Shown in pieces: positions 1 through 8,385 of a DNA stretch of 64,000 nucleotides. How positions within the stretch are numbered: the first letter of the stretch is position 1; each line of letters opens with the position of its first letter. The stretch comes from Thermoplasmata archaeon (GTDB lineage: Archaea; Thermoplasmatota; Thermoplasmata; Halarchaeoplasmatales; Halarchaeoplasmataceae), in contig PWHR01000038.1 in NCBI GenBank assembly GCA_003554965.1, positions 15,495-79,494 of the forward strand, given 5' to 3'. Below the pieces are notes generated by a model. That model was not told the origin of the DNA, searched no databases, and was given only the letters and a program-made list of their open reading frames with translations. The translations under genes and the position numbers were made by a program.

Positions 1-698
1 CCGGCGATCCTGAACTTAACTCCTTCCATCTCGCCGAAGAGATCGACCAGCTCTGGAAACATCCTTGATTCGTGAAGTAAACCGATATAGGAGAAAGTCG
101 GAACATCATTCGAAGGCGCTTCGTACTCCTCGAAAACCAAAGGTTTGGTGTTCCTCACGATATCTAGCGGCCTATCGGTAACTTCATCAAGATGTTCGTA
201 AAACGGCCTGCTCGTGGTGATTATGTGATCGGCGTTAGATGCTAGCAACTTTTCGAACAATATCGCTCCCTCAGCCAGGAATCGAGAACGATCTTTTTTT
301 ATCATCAGGCCGAAGATCTCGTGAGCATCATAGATTAATTTGAGACCGCGCTTCTTCTTCAATAAAACCCCGGGTAAAAGAGTATCTAGATCATGGCAAT
401 GCACCGCATCGAAATCTACCATATCGTCCAGCTTGACCGCTTCTTTATAACCACGCCACCACCACTTCATATTGCCCAAAAGAGGCCTTTGAGTCATATC
501 TTCCCCAGATCCTGAAAGGTGAATATACCTTACCTCTATACCGTCGTGCTCCTCCATCTCAGGAAGCTCGTTCTCAGTGTCATGCCTGGCCCAAACTAAC
601 ACCACTACTTCATGCCCAGCCTCGGTCAGAGCTTCCGCTTCGTAGTATACGCGGGGATCGTTCCTGAATATCTTCGTCAGGAGCATCAACACCTTCAT
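1..698 (-). CDS. Glycosyltransferase family 4 (GT-B), N-terminal part; runs off the left edge of the window
   Basis: Not in the ORF track. Manual translation from ATG at 698 gives MKVLMLLTKIFRNDPRVYYEAEALTEAGHEVVVLVW..., the typical GT4 N-terminus (DPRV..EA..L...G.EV). Confidence 0.85.
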   Translation of the reverse strand, partial: MKVLMLLTKIFRNDPRVYYEAEALTEAGHEVVVLVWARHDTENELPEMEEHDGIEVRYIHLSGSGEDMTQRPLLGNMKWWWRGYKEAVKLDDMVDFDAVHCHDLDTLLPGVLLKKKRGLKLIYDAHEIFGLMIKKDRSRFLAEGAILFEKLLASNADHIITTSRPFYEHLDEVTDRPLDIVRNTKPLVFEEYEAPSNDVPTFSYIGLLHESRMFPELVDLFGEMEGVKFRIA

Positions 699-737
699 AC
701 TTTCTTCCTCAGAATTTCTTCTTTCACACACATCTGT

Positions 738-1991
738 CTAGACCAGGTCGTAATAACTAATCCACCATTCAGAGTTTTCAAGCCTGCTCTTCAAACCGTC
801 ATCTTCGATCACATCCCACATAAGTAAGTTGTTCTCGAGTTCAGCCCAACCTCCTCTCGGTTTGTCTCCAGCCATGAATGTGATCATATCTCCACCCTCT
901 TCCCGCGCCACGGTTTCGATCTCTTCTACCAGTGTATCATATGTTTTTCTATCTTCATATAACATATCCAGCACTTTGAATTTTGAAACCGTACCTCTCA
1001 AACCAGGTCTTTTACCTATAGCTGCCATGCCTTTCAACTCATCATCTCCTTCCACTGCGACCACCTCCACTAGATGCGGATAAGACAGCATGTGCTTCAC
1101 ATCTCTTCTCTCTCTCCTGAAATGATGATCCACATCTGACAGGACCCTGGAGTAGAGTTCCTCTATATCTTCGATATCTAATTTCTCAGTATCACCGTGC
1201 CTTCTGACTTCAAGATCCGCCTCAACAGGATCCGCAACGTCTCTCTCTTCATCACTACCAAAGAATACCTCATACAATTCTAGAAGTATTTCATCTAGGC
1301 TTTCAGCGTTTATAACCTTCTCGAAGAGCTTGTTGGTCGAATACTCGTTCAATTCCACCTCATGCGTGAAAAGCCTTTCAGCATCTTTTCCATCTTCAGA
1401 AAACCCTAAAAGCTCTCTCAAAGAATACTTTTCAGAACTATCTTCAAAATCGAGGATGATCCTCTTACCGAAAAGATACAGCACTCTCTCCAACCATCCT
1501 CTCTCTTCTAAGATCTCCTTCCCATACTCCCTGATCAGCTTAGCTGGAGAAAGGTACTTTGTATAGACGGGTAAAACTTTAGAACTCCTGCCCTTCTTCT
1601 CATGCACTTTGTGAGTTATACTTCCCTCCTCCACGAAGGCCATCAGAAGTTTTTCTTCTCCTACCTCAAATAGAGATCTTTCCTCTTTCAGCCGCGAAAA
1701 AAGTCCTTCGCCCTGGTGCTCTTCGGCCACAGCTGTATCTCCCCAGACGAAGACCGGTATATTCTCACCTCTCTCTCTATCCACCAATTCCCTAGAAAAC
1801 AGGCGGGTAAAAGCGATCACTTCACCTTCATCTTCTATGAACCAGACCTGTTTTTCCTCAAAATTCGGGAAATCATCATACTTCCAACTCAAATAAGCCT
1901 CGTCGCCCCAACCACCGAAGGCTGAATTCAGCAACTCCAACACCTTTTCCGAGTCGGGGAAACCTCTCTTGACCTCTACGTCTGAACACAT
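738..1991 (-). CDS. GNAT-family N-acetyltransferase (two GNAT-like domains), probably glycan-associated
   Basis: WKY...P N-terminal motif and acetyl-CoA motif DTAVAEEHQGEGLFSRL; lies directly upstream of the GT4 gene on the same strand. Confidence 0.7.
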   Translation of the reverse strand: MCSDVEVKRGFPDSEKVLELLNSAFGGWGDEAYLSWKYDDFPNFEEKQVWFIEDEGEVIAFTRLFSRELVDRERGENIPVFVWGDTAVAEEHQGEGLFSRLKEERSLFEVGEEKLLMAFVEEGSITHKVHEKKGRSSKVLPVYTKYLSPAKLIREYGKEILEERGWLERVLYLFGKRIILDFEDSSEKYSLRELLGFSEDGKDAERLFTHEVELNEYSTNKLFEKVINAESLDEILLELYEVFFGSDEERDVADPVEADLEVRRHGDTEKLDIEDIEELYSRVLSDVDHHFRRERRDVKHMLSYPHLVEVVAVEGDDELKGMAAIGKRPGLRGTVSKFKVLDMLYEDRKTYDTLVEEIETVAREEGGDMITFMAGDKPRGGWAELENNLLMWDVIEDDGLKSRLENSEWWISYYDLV

Positions 1992-2082
1992 GACAGCGGT
2001 TAATCTACTTCCATCTATTAATCTCTAATGGAGAAAACGAGCTGTTTGTAAAGTTTATCCCAACATCAAAAGACTGAACACT

Positions 2083-2523
2083 CTAAACACCAGCTAGCAA
2101 TTCCTCCTTACTCATGGTATTCCGATGTCTTTGATCGGCCCACAATTTCCTGTAATTGTAGAAGTATTCGTGCATACCCAACATGTCGGCTGTGTAGACC
2201 ACTTCATGTTCCTCTATGATATCATACTGTATATTAAGGGGAAGCTCTTCGAAGATATGAACATCGTAGTTTTTTGAGACCGTGTTTACTTCTCTAAATA
2301 CCTTTAACAGCACATCCTTGATATCTACACTTTCATCACTCAAGCCCTTGCAGTCAAAATAAAAATAAGAAGCTCCCGGAACGACCAACGTGAGGTCTAT
2401 ATCGCTTTTAAGATGCTCTTCGTCTTTGACAAAGGAACCGAACAAAAGTACAGCTAACACCCTTTCATCTTTCTCGACCCAAGAGAAATCATTTTTCAAC
2501 TGATCTACTGTTTCCCTATCCAT
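2083..2523 (-). CDS. mntA: Minimal nucleotidyltransferase (MntA-type antitoxin)
   Basis: LFGSFVKDEEHLKSDIDL matches GSx10DxD; 146 aa; overlaps the HEPN gene. Confidence 0.85.
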   Translation of the reverse strand: MDRETVDQLKNDFSWVEKDERVLAVLLFGSFVKDEEHLKSDIDLTLVVPGASYFYFDCKGLSDESVDIKDVLLKVFREVNTVSKNYDVHIFEELPLNIQYDIIEEHEVVYTADMLGMHEYFYNYRKLWADQRHRNTMSKEELLAGV

Positions 2524-2912
2524 ACTCTGATCTCCTCCAAAACTCCCGTGATCTTCGAATTCGTTCTTTCTATCGAGTCGAGAGCTATCTTCTTCTCTAA
2601 CCCATTATATTCATGGACAAGCCTGTTCCGAAGTCCATTTGATTCCTTCATGACACCTTCTTGTTCTGGGTCTAACAGTCCTTTTTCTCTCAAATTTTCT
2701 ATATTCGTATAATCGTCCTCAACCACTTCTCCCATATCTTTGAGGATCATCGCGAATAGATCTGTAAAGGCTTCTATCATCTCCTGATAGGCCTTGTATA
2801 CAGCTAAAGTGCTTTTTTCATCTCTATCCTGTATCCAAGAAGAGATATTATCTCTTCGTTTGGTTATAGTAGATATTTTATCTCTATATCGTGAAAGTCG
2901 TTCTTCATCCAT
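2505..2912 (-). CDS. hepT: HEPN (DUF86) RNase toxin, HepT-type
   Basis: GLRNRLVHEY matches Rx4HxY; 135 aa; paired with the MNT gene. Confidence 0.88.
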   Translation of the reverse strand: MDEERLSRYRDKISTITKRRDNISSWIQDRDEKSTLAVYKAYQEMIEAFTDLFAMILKDMGEVVEDDYTNIENLREKGLLDPEQEGVMKESNGLRNRLVHEYNGLEKKIALDSIERTNSKITGVLEEIRVWIGKQ

Positions 2913-3026
2913 CTTATTACCACATAATAGCCTGTTTCTATTTAAATCATTTTAATGTCGAGCTAATCAATCTGGAATGAGTTCTCCGTCAGTCATGCTG
3001 GATGATCTTTCTTCTTTACTATTAAA

Positions 3027-3079
3027 ACGTTAATCTCAATTAACGTATTTTTACAAAAAACGTTAAACACAGTTAACGT
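3027..3079. promoter_or_regulatory. Two tandem palindromic operator-like sites ACGTTAA-N6-TTAACGT
   Basis: 3027-3046 ACGTTAAtctcaaTTAACGT and 3060-3079 ACGTTAAacacagTTAACGT; identical arms, 33-bp period, immediately followed by a TATA-like TTTAATATA. Confidence 0.75.
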
Positions 3080-3260
3080 AAATTTAATATACCTTGATTA
3101 CAATTATTCAGTATTGAAGCGACAGATATCATCCAGTTCAATCCCTGGTGGTCTTCTGGTAGGGTACCTCAGCGGCTTTTAGAGGAGAAAAAAAGAGATC
3201 TTTTCTATGTGGTCAGAGATCTACTCTCCAATAGACAGATGTTTTCGATAGTGGGATTAA

Positions 3261-3472
3261 GAAGAACGGGAAAGAAGACTGTGACTTCCTCACCTCCCTA
3301 ACTGTTGGTTAGGAAGGTGCTTCTGACCAAAGCTGATGAGGTTGCATTCCGCTCGCCGACTTCACGAGAGAGTAGAAATCTCTCAGAGCGGTCAGGTCAT
3401 CGCTTCCAGCTCTGGGGCTAGCCACGAAGCCCCCTGCTCTTGAAAGAGGTCTCGAAAACTTTCCAAGAGCCC
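3261..3472 (-). ncRNA. Predicted TnpB omegaRNA (scaffold overlapping the tnpB 3' end, plus ~20-nt guide from the flank)
   Basis: Stacked hairpins on the minus strand: GCTCTTGGAAAG/CTTTCAAGAGC, GGGGCT/AGCCCC, GAGAGA/TCTCTC and the right-end hairpin ending in TCAC. Guide would be AGUCUUCUUUCCCGUUCUUC. 5' boundary approximate. Confidence 0.65.
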
Positions 3473-4597
3473 GCCGTCCGATATTGTGCGCTCCGTTCTT
3501 GTCCGAATGTATCTCCAGACCGCAGTTGTTGCACCTGAATAAACCCGCACTCCGTTTACCTTTTGCTCCACATCTCGAACAAAGTTGTGATGTCCAGGCC
3601 TCACTCACTTCAACGTAGCCAATACCGTTCCAGCGCGCCTTGTATTCCAACTGTCTTCTCAGCTCGTAATGCGGAAACCTGTGCAATTTCCTGTTCATCG
3701 TTTTACCGTTTTTCTGATCCTGTACTCCTTCCAGATCACCGACAACAATCAATAGATTGTTCTCTTCAGCATACTGAACTATCTTGTTGGTCAACTTATG
3801 AATACAGTCGTTCACCTTATCGTATTCACGCCTGTAGAAACGAGAACGGTTACTGCCGTAGTTTGTTTGTCTTCTAAGGTAGAAAAAATGTGTCTGAACG
3901 TCGCGTATACGGCACCCATCCAGCACCGTATCTCGGTCAGGTAACGCCACTGACGTTACTGGCTGTCTCAAGCCAAGATCGATGCCTAGAACGCCGTCGT
4001 AACGCTCACGCACAAACACATCCTTCTTGATCATGATATGGAGATGAAAGCGGCCGTTCCGTTTCAAGAGTTTGCTCTCACAAATTTCATATTTATCCTT
4101 TATGTCCATGTGAGTCTTTATCGGGACTTTGATCCCACCGTATCTTTGTTTAGACGGTATCTTGAAAAAATAATCTGCAAGGTCAGATTCACAGTCCTTG
4201 AATTCAATCAAATCCTTGCGGAGAAAGAGAGGATACACTTTACCGCCCTTCAGGTAGTCCATGTCAAGGTTCCGTTCGGCCTGCTGCCTGTGTGCACTGT
4301 ACACTCTATCTCCTCCTTTACCTGTATGCAGCCAACGCTGATAGTTTGACCACATCAGTTCAAGCTCTTCTTGCTTTATGTTGGTCAATTCGACAACAGC
4401 CGATTTGACAGTCTTTTCCGCTTTCATCCTTTTATCTTTACAAAATGTTCTGGATACTTAACTGTTTACTAGGGGGGTCAGTAAAAGTTGGTCGCCGATT
4501 CATCACCTACCTAATCTACCGATTAGCGAGGATTAAAACCATCCTCTTCATCCTCGCTTTCGCTACGGATAGGAAGGTGTCTTCTCGGTTACTTCAG
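3281..4597 (-). mobile_element. Non-autonomous IS200/IS605-family (IS1341-like, tnpB-only) insertion sequence
   Basis: Right end GAAG-CACCTTCCTAAC-caaca-GTTAGGGAGGTG-aggaagTCAC (ends at 3281). Related left-end hairpin GAAGACACCTTCCTA...TAGGTAGGTGATGAA (~4499-4585). TTAT lies directly outside the left end (4598-4601). No TSD, no tnpA; removal restores the flanking ATPase reading frame. Confidence 0.85.
3309..4427 (-). CDS. tnpB: TnpB RNA-guided endonuclease (372 aa, rearranged RuvC-II)
   Basis: RuvC-I GIDLG, RuvC-II VVGDL with downstream VSEAWTS, Zn finger CSRC...CNNC, RuvC-III HSDKNGAHNI. Confidence 0.93.
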   Translation of the reverse strand: MKAEKTVKSAVVELTNIKQEELELMWSNYQRWLHTGKGGDRVYSAHRQQAERNLDMDYLKGGKVYPLFLRKDLIEFKDCESDLADYFFKIPSKQRYGGIKVPIKTHMDIKDKYEICESKLLKRNGRFHLHIMIKKDVFVRERYDGVLGIDLGLRQPVTSVALPDRDTVLDGCRIRDVQTHFFYLRRQTNYGSNRSRFYRREYDKVNDCIHKLTNKIVQYAEENNLLIVVGDLEGVQDQKNGKTMNRKLHRFPHYELRRQLEYKARWNGIGYVEVSEAWTSQLCSRCGAKGKRSAGLFRCNNCGLEIHSDKNGAHNIGRRALGKFSRPLSRAGGFVASPRAGSDDLTALRDFYSLVKSASGMQPHQLWSEAPS

Positions 4598-4662
4598 ATA
4601 ATTTTTCATTCCCCAACGCTAAAAGGAAATAAATAAGTAGATTGCTCCGTTTTTGAGAAACG

Positions 4663-5541
4663 ATGAGCTTTCGATTTGTAGTACTCCTGCTTGTTATACA
4701 TCTCTTCGCCGCTCACATCCTGGTGATGGTGGTTTACAACATCGTCATCAATCCGTATGATGCCTCTATCTTCACCAAGATCTTCCCCTACCAGTTCCTA
4801 CACAATCTTTACAGGAGAAAGCCCGAAAGCGCTCTAAAATCCTACTTCTCATTCAGATTGGACATCGACACTAGCGAGGAAAATGTGAAAAAAAATGATG
4901 CTGGAGTACAGAAACTAATCCGCATCGCTGATGATCACGGGGTGCCGATAACTTTCTCTATAGCCACAGAGTACTTACCCTTTTTCTCCGAGAAGACGAA
5001 GGAGATGATAAAGAATGGTGAGCACGCCGTAATAACTCACGGTCACAGCCATGAAGGCTACATAACTGAAAAAGAGCAGGAAGAAGAGCTGCGAAGATCA
5101 AAAAGGATATTGGAGAGTGAATTCCAAACTGAAGTCAAGGGCCTCATCGCTCCAAAAGCAAAGCACGATTTCGAAACGTTGAAAGCCGCGAAAAAGAACT
5201 CTATAGAATACATCTCGGCAGGCTCACTCTCCTATATAAGATACTGGTCCTTTCCGTATCCCTTCAAAAAAAAGGACGTCTGGCTCTTGGGCGGGTGTGT
5301 TCCCAGCGATTATCATCTCTACGAGCGGAAGCGGAAGAGTCCAGAAGAAGCTTTGAGTCTTTGGAAGGAGGCCGTCGAACATAGAGTCAGAAATCAGTGG
5401 TTCATCCAGTTAGAATACCACAATTTTTCGACTTCTGAAGAAAAGTTGAAAGTTTTAGAAGAACTTTTGCGGTACGTAAAAGAAGACACTGAGGCAGTAC
5501 CTATCACTTTAGATGAAATCGTGGAGAGATCGCATACTTGA
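4663..5541 (+). CDS. Polysaccharide deacetylase (NodB/CE4-like) with N-terminal membrane segment
   Basis: RLDID acidic motif, THGHSH metal-binding motif, ITFSI strand, hydrophobic N-terminus. Confidence 0.8.
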   Translation: MSFRFVVLLLVIHLFAAHILVMVVYNIVINPYDASIFTKIFPYQFLHNLYRRKPESALKSYFSFRLDIDTSEENVKKNDAGVQKLIRIADDHGVPITFSIATEYLPFFSEKTKEMIKNGEHAVITHGHSHEGYITEKEQEEELRRSKRILESEFQTEVKGLIAPKAKHDFETLKAAKKNSIEYISAGSLSYIRYWSFPYPFKKKDVWLLGGCVPSDYHLYERKRKSPEEALSLWKEAVEHRVRNQWFIQLEYHNFSTSEEKLKVLEELLRYVKEDTEAVPITLDEIVERSHT

Positions 5542-5562
5542 TCCCTCATTGACATATAAAGT

Positions 5563-6279
5563 CTACTTTTCAATTGTTAGCGATATCGTGACGGTGTAGG
5601 AGTCGCTGTGGATCCTGAAATCCTCTATACCGATCTCGACATCGTCTATATCAAGATGTTTCAATTCGTACGGAAATTTATTGAAATCAGTGACCGATAG
5701 AAATTTCAATCGCAGTATCTTCTTCTCTCCATCTCCAGTTTTTCCTATTGTCTGTACACCTCTGTAGACCCTATCGATATCTTCTACTTCACTTTCGACG
5801 ATATCTTCTACGATCGATACGGCTTCACGAACATCTCTAGGTTTGAAGATCTCCTTTTCTCTACCGTTTTCTAAGTGAGATTTAAGCTTCTCTTCTATCA
5901 TCCTCAAGAATCTTTGGTTGGCCCAAGGTTTTTCAACAAAGCTATGAACGTTAGCTTCGTTTATCGCCTTTTTAGCGGTCTCTAGATCGGGATATCCAGT
6001 GACCAGCACTCTTAGAGTACTAGGATATCTTTTTTTAGCTTGCGCCAGCAGTTCGGTGCCTGTCATATCAGGCATCTTATGGTCAGCTATGATCAGATCG
6101 TATATACCTCTAGCTAGAAGATCTTTAGCTTCTTCAGGATCGCTTGCCGTTGAGACGACGCAGTCAAACCTTTTAGTGTTCTTCAGCATCCTCTCAACAT
6201 CTTTTAAGATCGCTACATCATCGTCTACGACCAATATACTGTAGAGAGAGATCTCTCCTTCCTCCCCTAGAGATGCCAT
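5563..6279 (-). CDS. Response regulator (receiver domain plus C-terminal domain of unknown type)
   Basis: ILVVDDD, ADHKMPDMTG (phospho-Asp), LVTG, EKPW. Confidence 0.85.
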   Translation of the reverse strand: MASLGEEGEISLYSILVVDDDVAILKDVERMLKNTKRFDCVVSTASDPEEAKDLLARGIYDLIIADHKMPDMTGTELLAQAKKRYPSTLRVLVTGYPDLETAKKAINEANVHSFVEKPWANQRFLRMIEEKLKSHLENGREKEIFKPRDVREAVSIVEDIVESEVEDIDRVYRGVQTIGKTGDGEKKILRLKFLSVTDFNKFPYELKHLDIDDVEIGIEDFRIHSDSYTVTISLTIEK

Positions 6280-6419
6280 GATATACCATTCATATTTGAA
6301 GATAAAGACTTTTCGGCTTTTTACTAAATTTCGGCCGTGATAGATATGGTCAGCAGAACACTTGAAGAAAAAATATATATAGAACCTCTTTTTTAGAACC
6401 TGCCAGAGAGGTGCAAACT

Positions 6420-8069
6420 ATGATGTCAGGACAGCAACCTATATTCGTGATGAAAGAAGATACTGAAAGGGAAAGCGGTAAAGACGCTCAGAAGAACAAT
6501 ATAGCAGCGGCGAAAGCTATAGCGGACACTGTACGGACCACGTTGGGGCCGAAAGGCATGGACAAGATGTTGGTGGACAGTTTGGGCGATGTGGTGATCA
6601 CAAACGACGGTGTTTCCATATTGAACGAGATCGATATAGAACATCCCGCGGCTAAGATGCTTGTAGAGGTAGCGGAAACACAGGAAGAAGAATGTGGTGA
6701 TGGAACCACTTCAGCCGTGATAGTTTCAGGTGAACTATTGAAGAAAGCTGAGGATAGGATCGATCAGCTTCACCCTTCAACCATAGCGAACGGATATCGG
6801 ATAGCCTCTGAAAAGGCTTCTGAAATTTTGGAAGATCTAAAGATAGAGATAGACCCTGAGGATAAAAACGAGCTTCAGGATATAGCCTCTACAGCCATGA
6901 CTGGAAAGAACGTAGAGGTGAATAAGGAGCAATTGGCAGAGATAGCTGTGCATGCGGTCCACCACATAACTGAAAAGACCGAAGACGGTTACGTGGTCGA
7001 CACGGACAATATCAAAGTGGAAAAGCAGCCAGGAGCGAGTGTTGACAGTACAGAGATGGTCGATGGAGTGATATTGGATAAAGAAAGACTCCATGACAAT
7101 ATGCCTAATGATATAGAAGATGCTAAGATAGCTCTGCTCAATTCAGCTTTAGAAGTGAAAGAGACAGAGATAGATGCCTCTATAGAGATTACCGATCCTG
7201 ATCAGCTTGAAAAGTTCGTCAATAAAGAGGAAGAGAGCTTGAAAACTATGGTGCAGCAGATAAAGGATGCTGGGGCCAATGTACTCCTATGCCAGAAAGG
7301 TATAGACGATCTGGCTCAACACTACCTTGCAAAAGAAGGCATCTTTGCTATAAGAAGAGTTAAGAAATCCGACATGAAGAAGCTCGCTAAAGCCACTGGA
7401 GGAAGCATAGTCAACAATCTAGAGGATCTTAGTTCAGAGGATCTTGGCACCGCTAAAAGGGTCCATGAAAGGCTCGTTTCCGGTGACAGGATGACGTTCG
7501 TTGAAGGGACTGAAGAAGCCAAAGCCGTTTCTCTCTTGCTGAGAGGCGGAACGGAACATGTCGTTGATGAACTAGAGAGAGCAGTAGAAGATGCTGTAAA
7601 AGTTGTCTCAGTAGCGATCGAGGACGGTGCTGTACTACCTGGAGGAGGCGCCACAGAGATAGAACTATCAAATAGACTCGCAGAGATGTCTGGCAGCATC
7701 GAAGGAAGAGAGCAGATAGCCTTTGAAGATTTCGCGAACAGTCTAGAGATCATCCCGAGGACTATAAGCGAGAATGCGGGACTAGACGGCATCGATGTTC
7801 TCATGAATTTGAATACGTCACATGAAAAAGAGGACAAGAAAGTCTATGGAGTCAACGTTGAGGACGGTGAAGAACCCGAAGATATGTTGGAGAAGGGAAT
7901 AATCGAACCTTACAGAGTGAAGAATCAGGCGATCAAGTCCGCCACCGAGGCCGCCAATATGATCCTGAGGATAGACGACGTTGTAGCCTCCAAAGGCGGC
8001 GATGAAGGAGGAGGCGGCGGTCCACCTGCTGGCGGACCAGGAGCCGGTGGAATGCCACCAGGTATGTAA
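6420..8069 (+). CDS. Thermosome (group II chaperonin) subunit
   Basis: [29 protein letters not shown]-terminal GGMPPGM; ATG at 6420 follows GAGGTG. Alpha versus beta not resolved. Confidence 0.97.
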   Translation: MMSGQQPIFVMKEDTERESGKDAQKNNIAAAKAIADTVRTTLGPKGMDKMLVDSLGDVVITNDGVSILNEIDIEHPAAKMLVEVAETQEEECGDGTTSAVIVSGELLKKAEDRIDQLHPSTIANGYRIASEKASEILEDLKIEIDPEDKNELQDIASTAMTGKNVEVNKEQLAEIAVHAVHHITEKTEDGYVVDTDNIKVEKQPGASVDSTEMVDGVILDKERLHDNMPNDIEDAKIALLNSALEVKETEIDASIEITDPDQLEKFVNKEEESLKTMVQQIKDAGANVLLCQKGIDDLAQHYLAKEGIFAIRRVKKSDMKKLAKATGGSIVNNLEDLSSEDLGTAKRVHERLVSGDRMTFVEGTEEAKAVSLLLRGGTEHVVDELERAVEDAVKVVSVAIEDGAVLPGGGATEIELSNRLAEMSGSIEGREQIAFEDFANSLEIIPRTISENAGLDGIDVLMNLNTSHEKEDKKVYGVNVEDGEEPEDMLEKGIIEPYRVKNQAIKSATEAANMILRIDDVVASKGGDEGGGGGPPAGGPGAGGMPPGM

Positions 8070-8106
8070 AACAGTTATAAACAAAAAAAACCTTTATTTT
8101 TTCTTT

Positions 8107-8337
8107 TCAACTCTCGATCTTTTTTTGAGCTTCCATCACTTCTTCCCACGCCTCTAGACTCTTCTCTGCTTCCTCTTCTTCTAACTTCTCGATGGCATAA
8201 CCAGCATGGACTATAACGTAGTCTTCTTCTTCAACATCCACAAGAGAAATGTTGGCTGTGCGGACCACCCCACCGAAGTCTATCTCAGCTTCATCGCCAT
8301 CTATGCTTTTTATCAAACCGGGAACAGCTAGACACAT
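8107..8337 (-). CDS. hypC: Hydrogenase maturation chaperone HypC
   Basis: MCLAVP N-terminus, DFGGV, YVIVHAGYA. Confidence 0.93.
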   Translation of the reverse strand: MCLAVPGLIKSIDGDEAEIDFGGVVRTANISLVDVEEEDYVIVHAGYAIEKLEEEEAEKSLEAWEEVMEAQKKIES

Positions 8338-8385
8338 GACATATCGACCTACAAATACTTATAATATAAACATTTTGGACTATGT

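Larger units (their letters stand above)
3113..4636 (+). pseudogene. Remnant of an archaeal AAA+ ATPase (COG1373/AAA_14-type), interrupted by the tnpB element and truncated (pieces 3113-3280 and 4598-4636)
   Basis: 3113-3280 translates IEATDIIQFNPWWSSGRVPQRLLEEKKRDLFYVVRDLLSNRQMFSIVGLRRTGKKT (NPWW plus degenerate Walker A). Joining to 4598 continues in frame as IIFHSPTLKGNK*. No ATG (ATT at 3113, in-frame TGA just upstream). Confidence 0.8.

Noticed and set aside
3027-3079. Mini-CRISPR array or transposon ends
   Set aside because: Only two 20-bp units with variable centres and a 13-bp gap, which fits operators; they lie outside the IS boundaries
3309-4427. Cas12f or a nuclease-dead TnpB (TldR-like) regulator
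   Set aside because: IS ends flank the gene and no array is adjacent; the missing RuvC-II Glu is explained by the downstream Glu, and both Asp residues are intact
4445-4636. 63-aa plus-strand ORF as a real gene
   Set aside because: Mostly IS left-end sequence; only the last 12 codons belong to the interrupted ATPase remnant
7322-7837. Long Ser/Phe-rich antisense ORFs (also 10078-10590, 33236-33841, 39842-40309, 54955-55434 and others)
   Set aside because: Shadow frames of well-supported genes with Glu/Lys-rich codons; no recognisable motifs
7995-8069. GC-rich GGC/GGA repeat
   Set aside because: Encodes the normal Gly/Pro/Met-rich chaperonin tail
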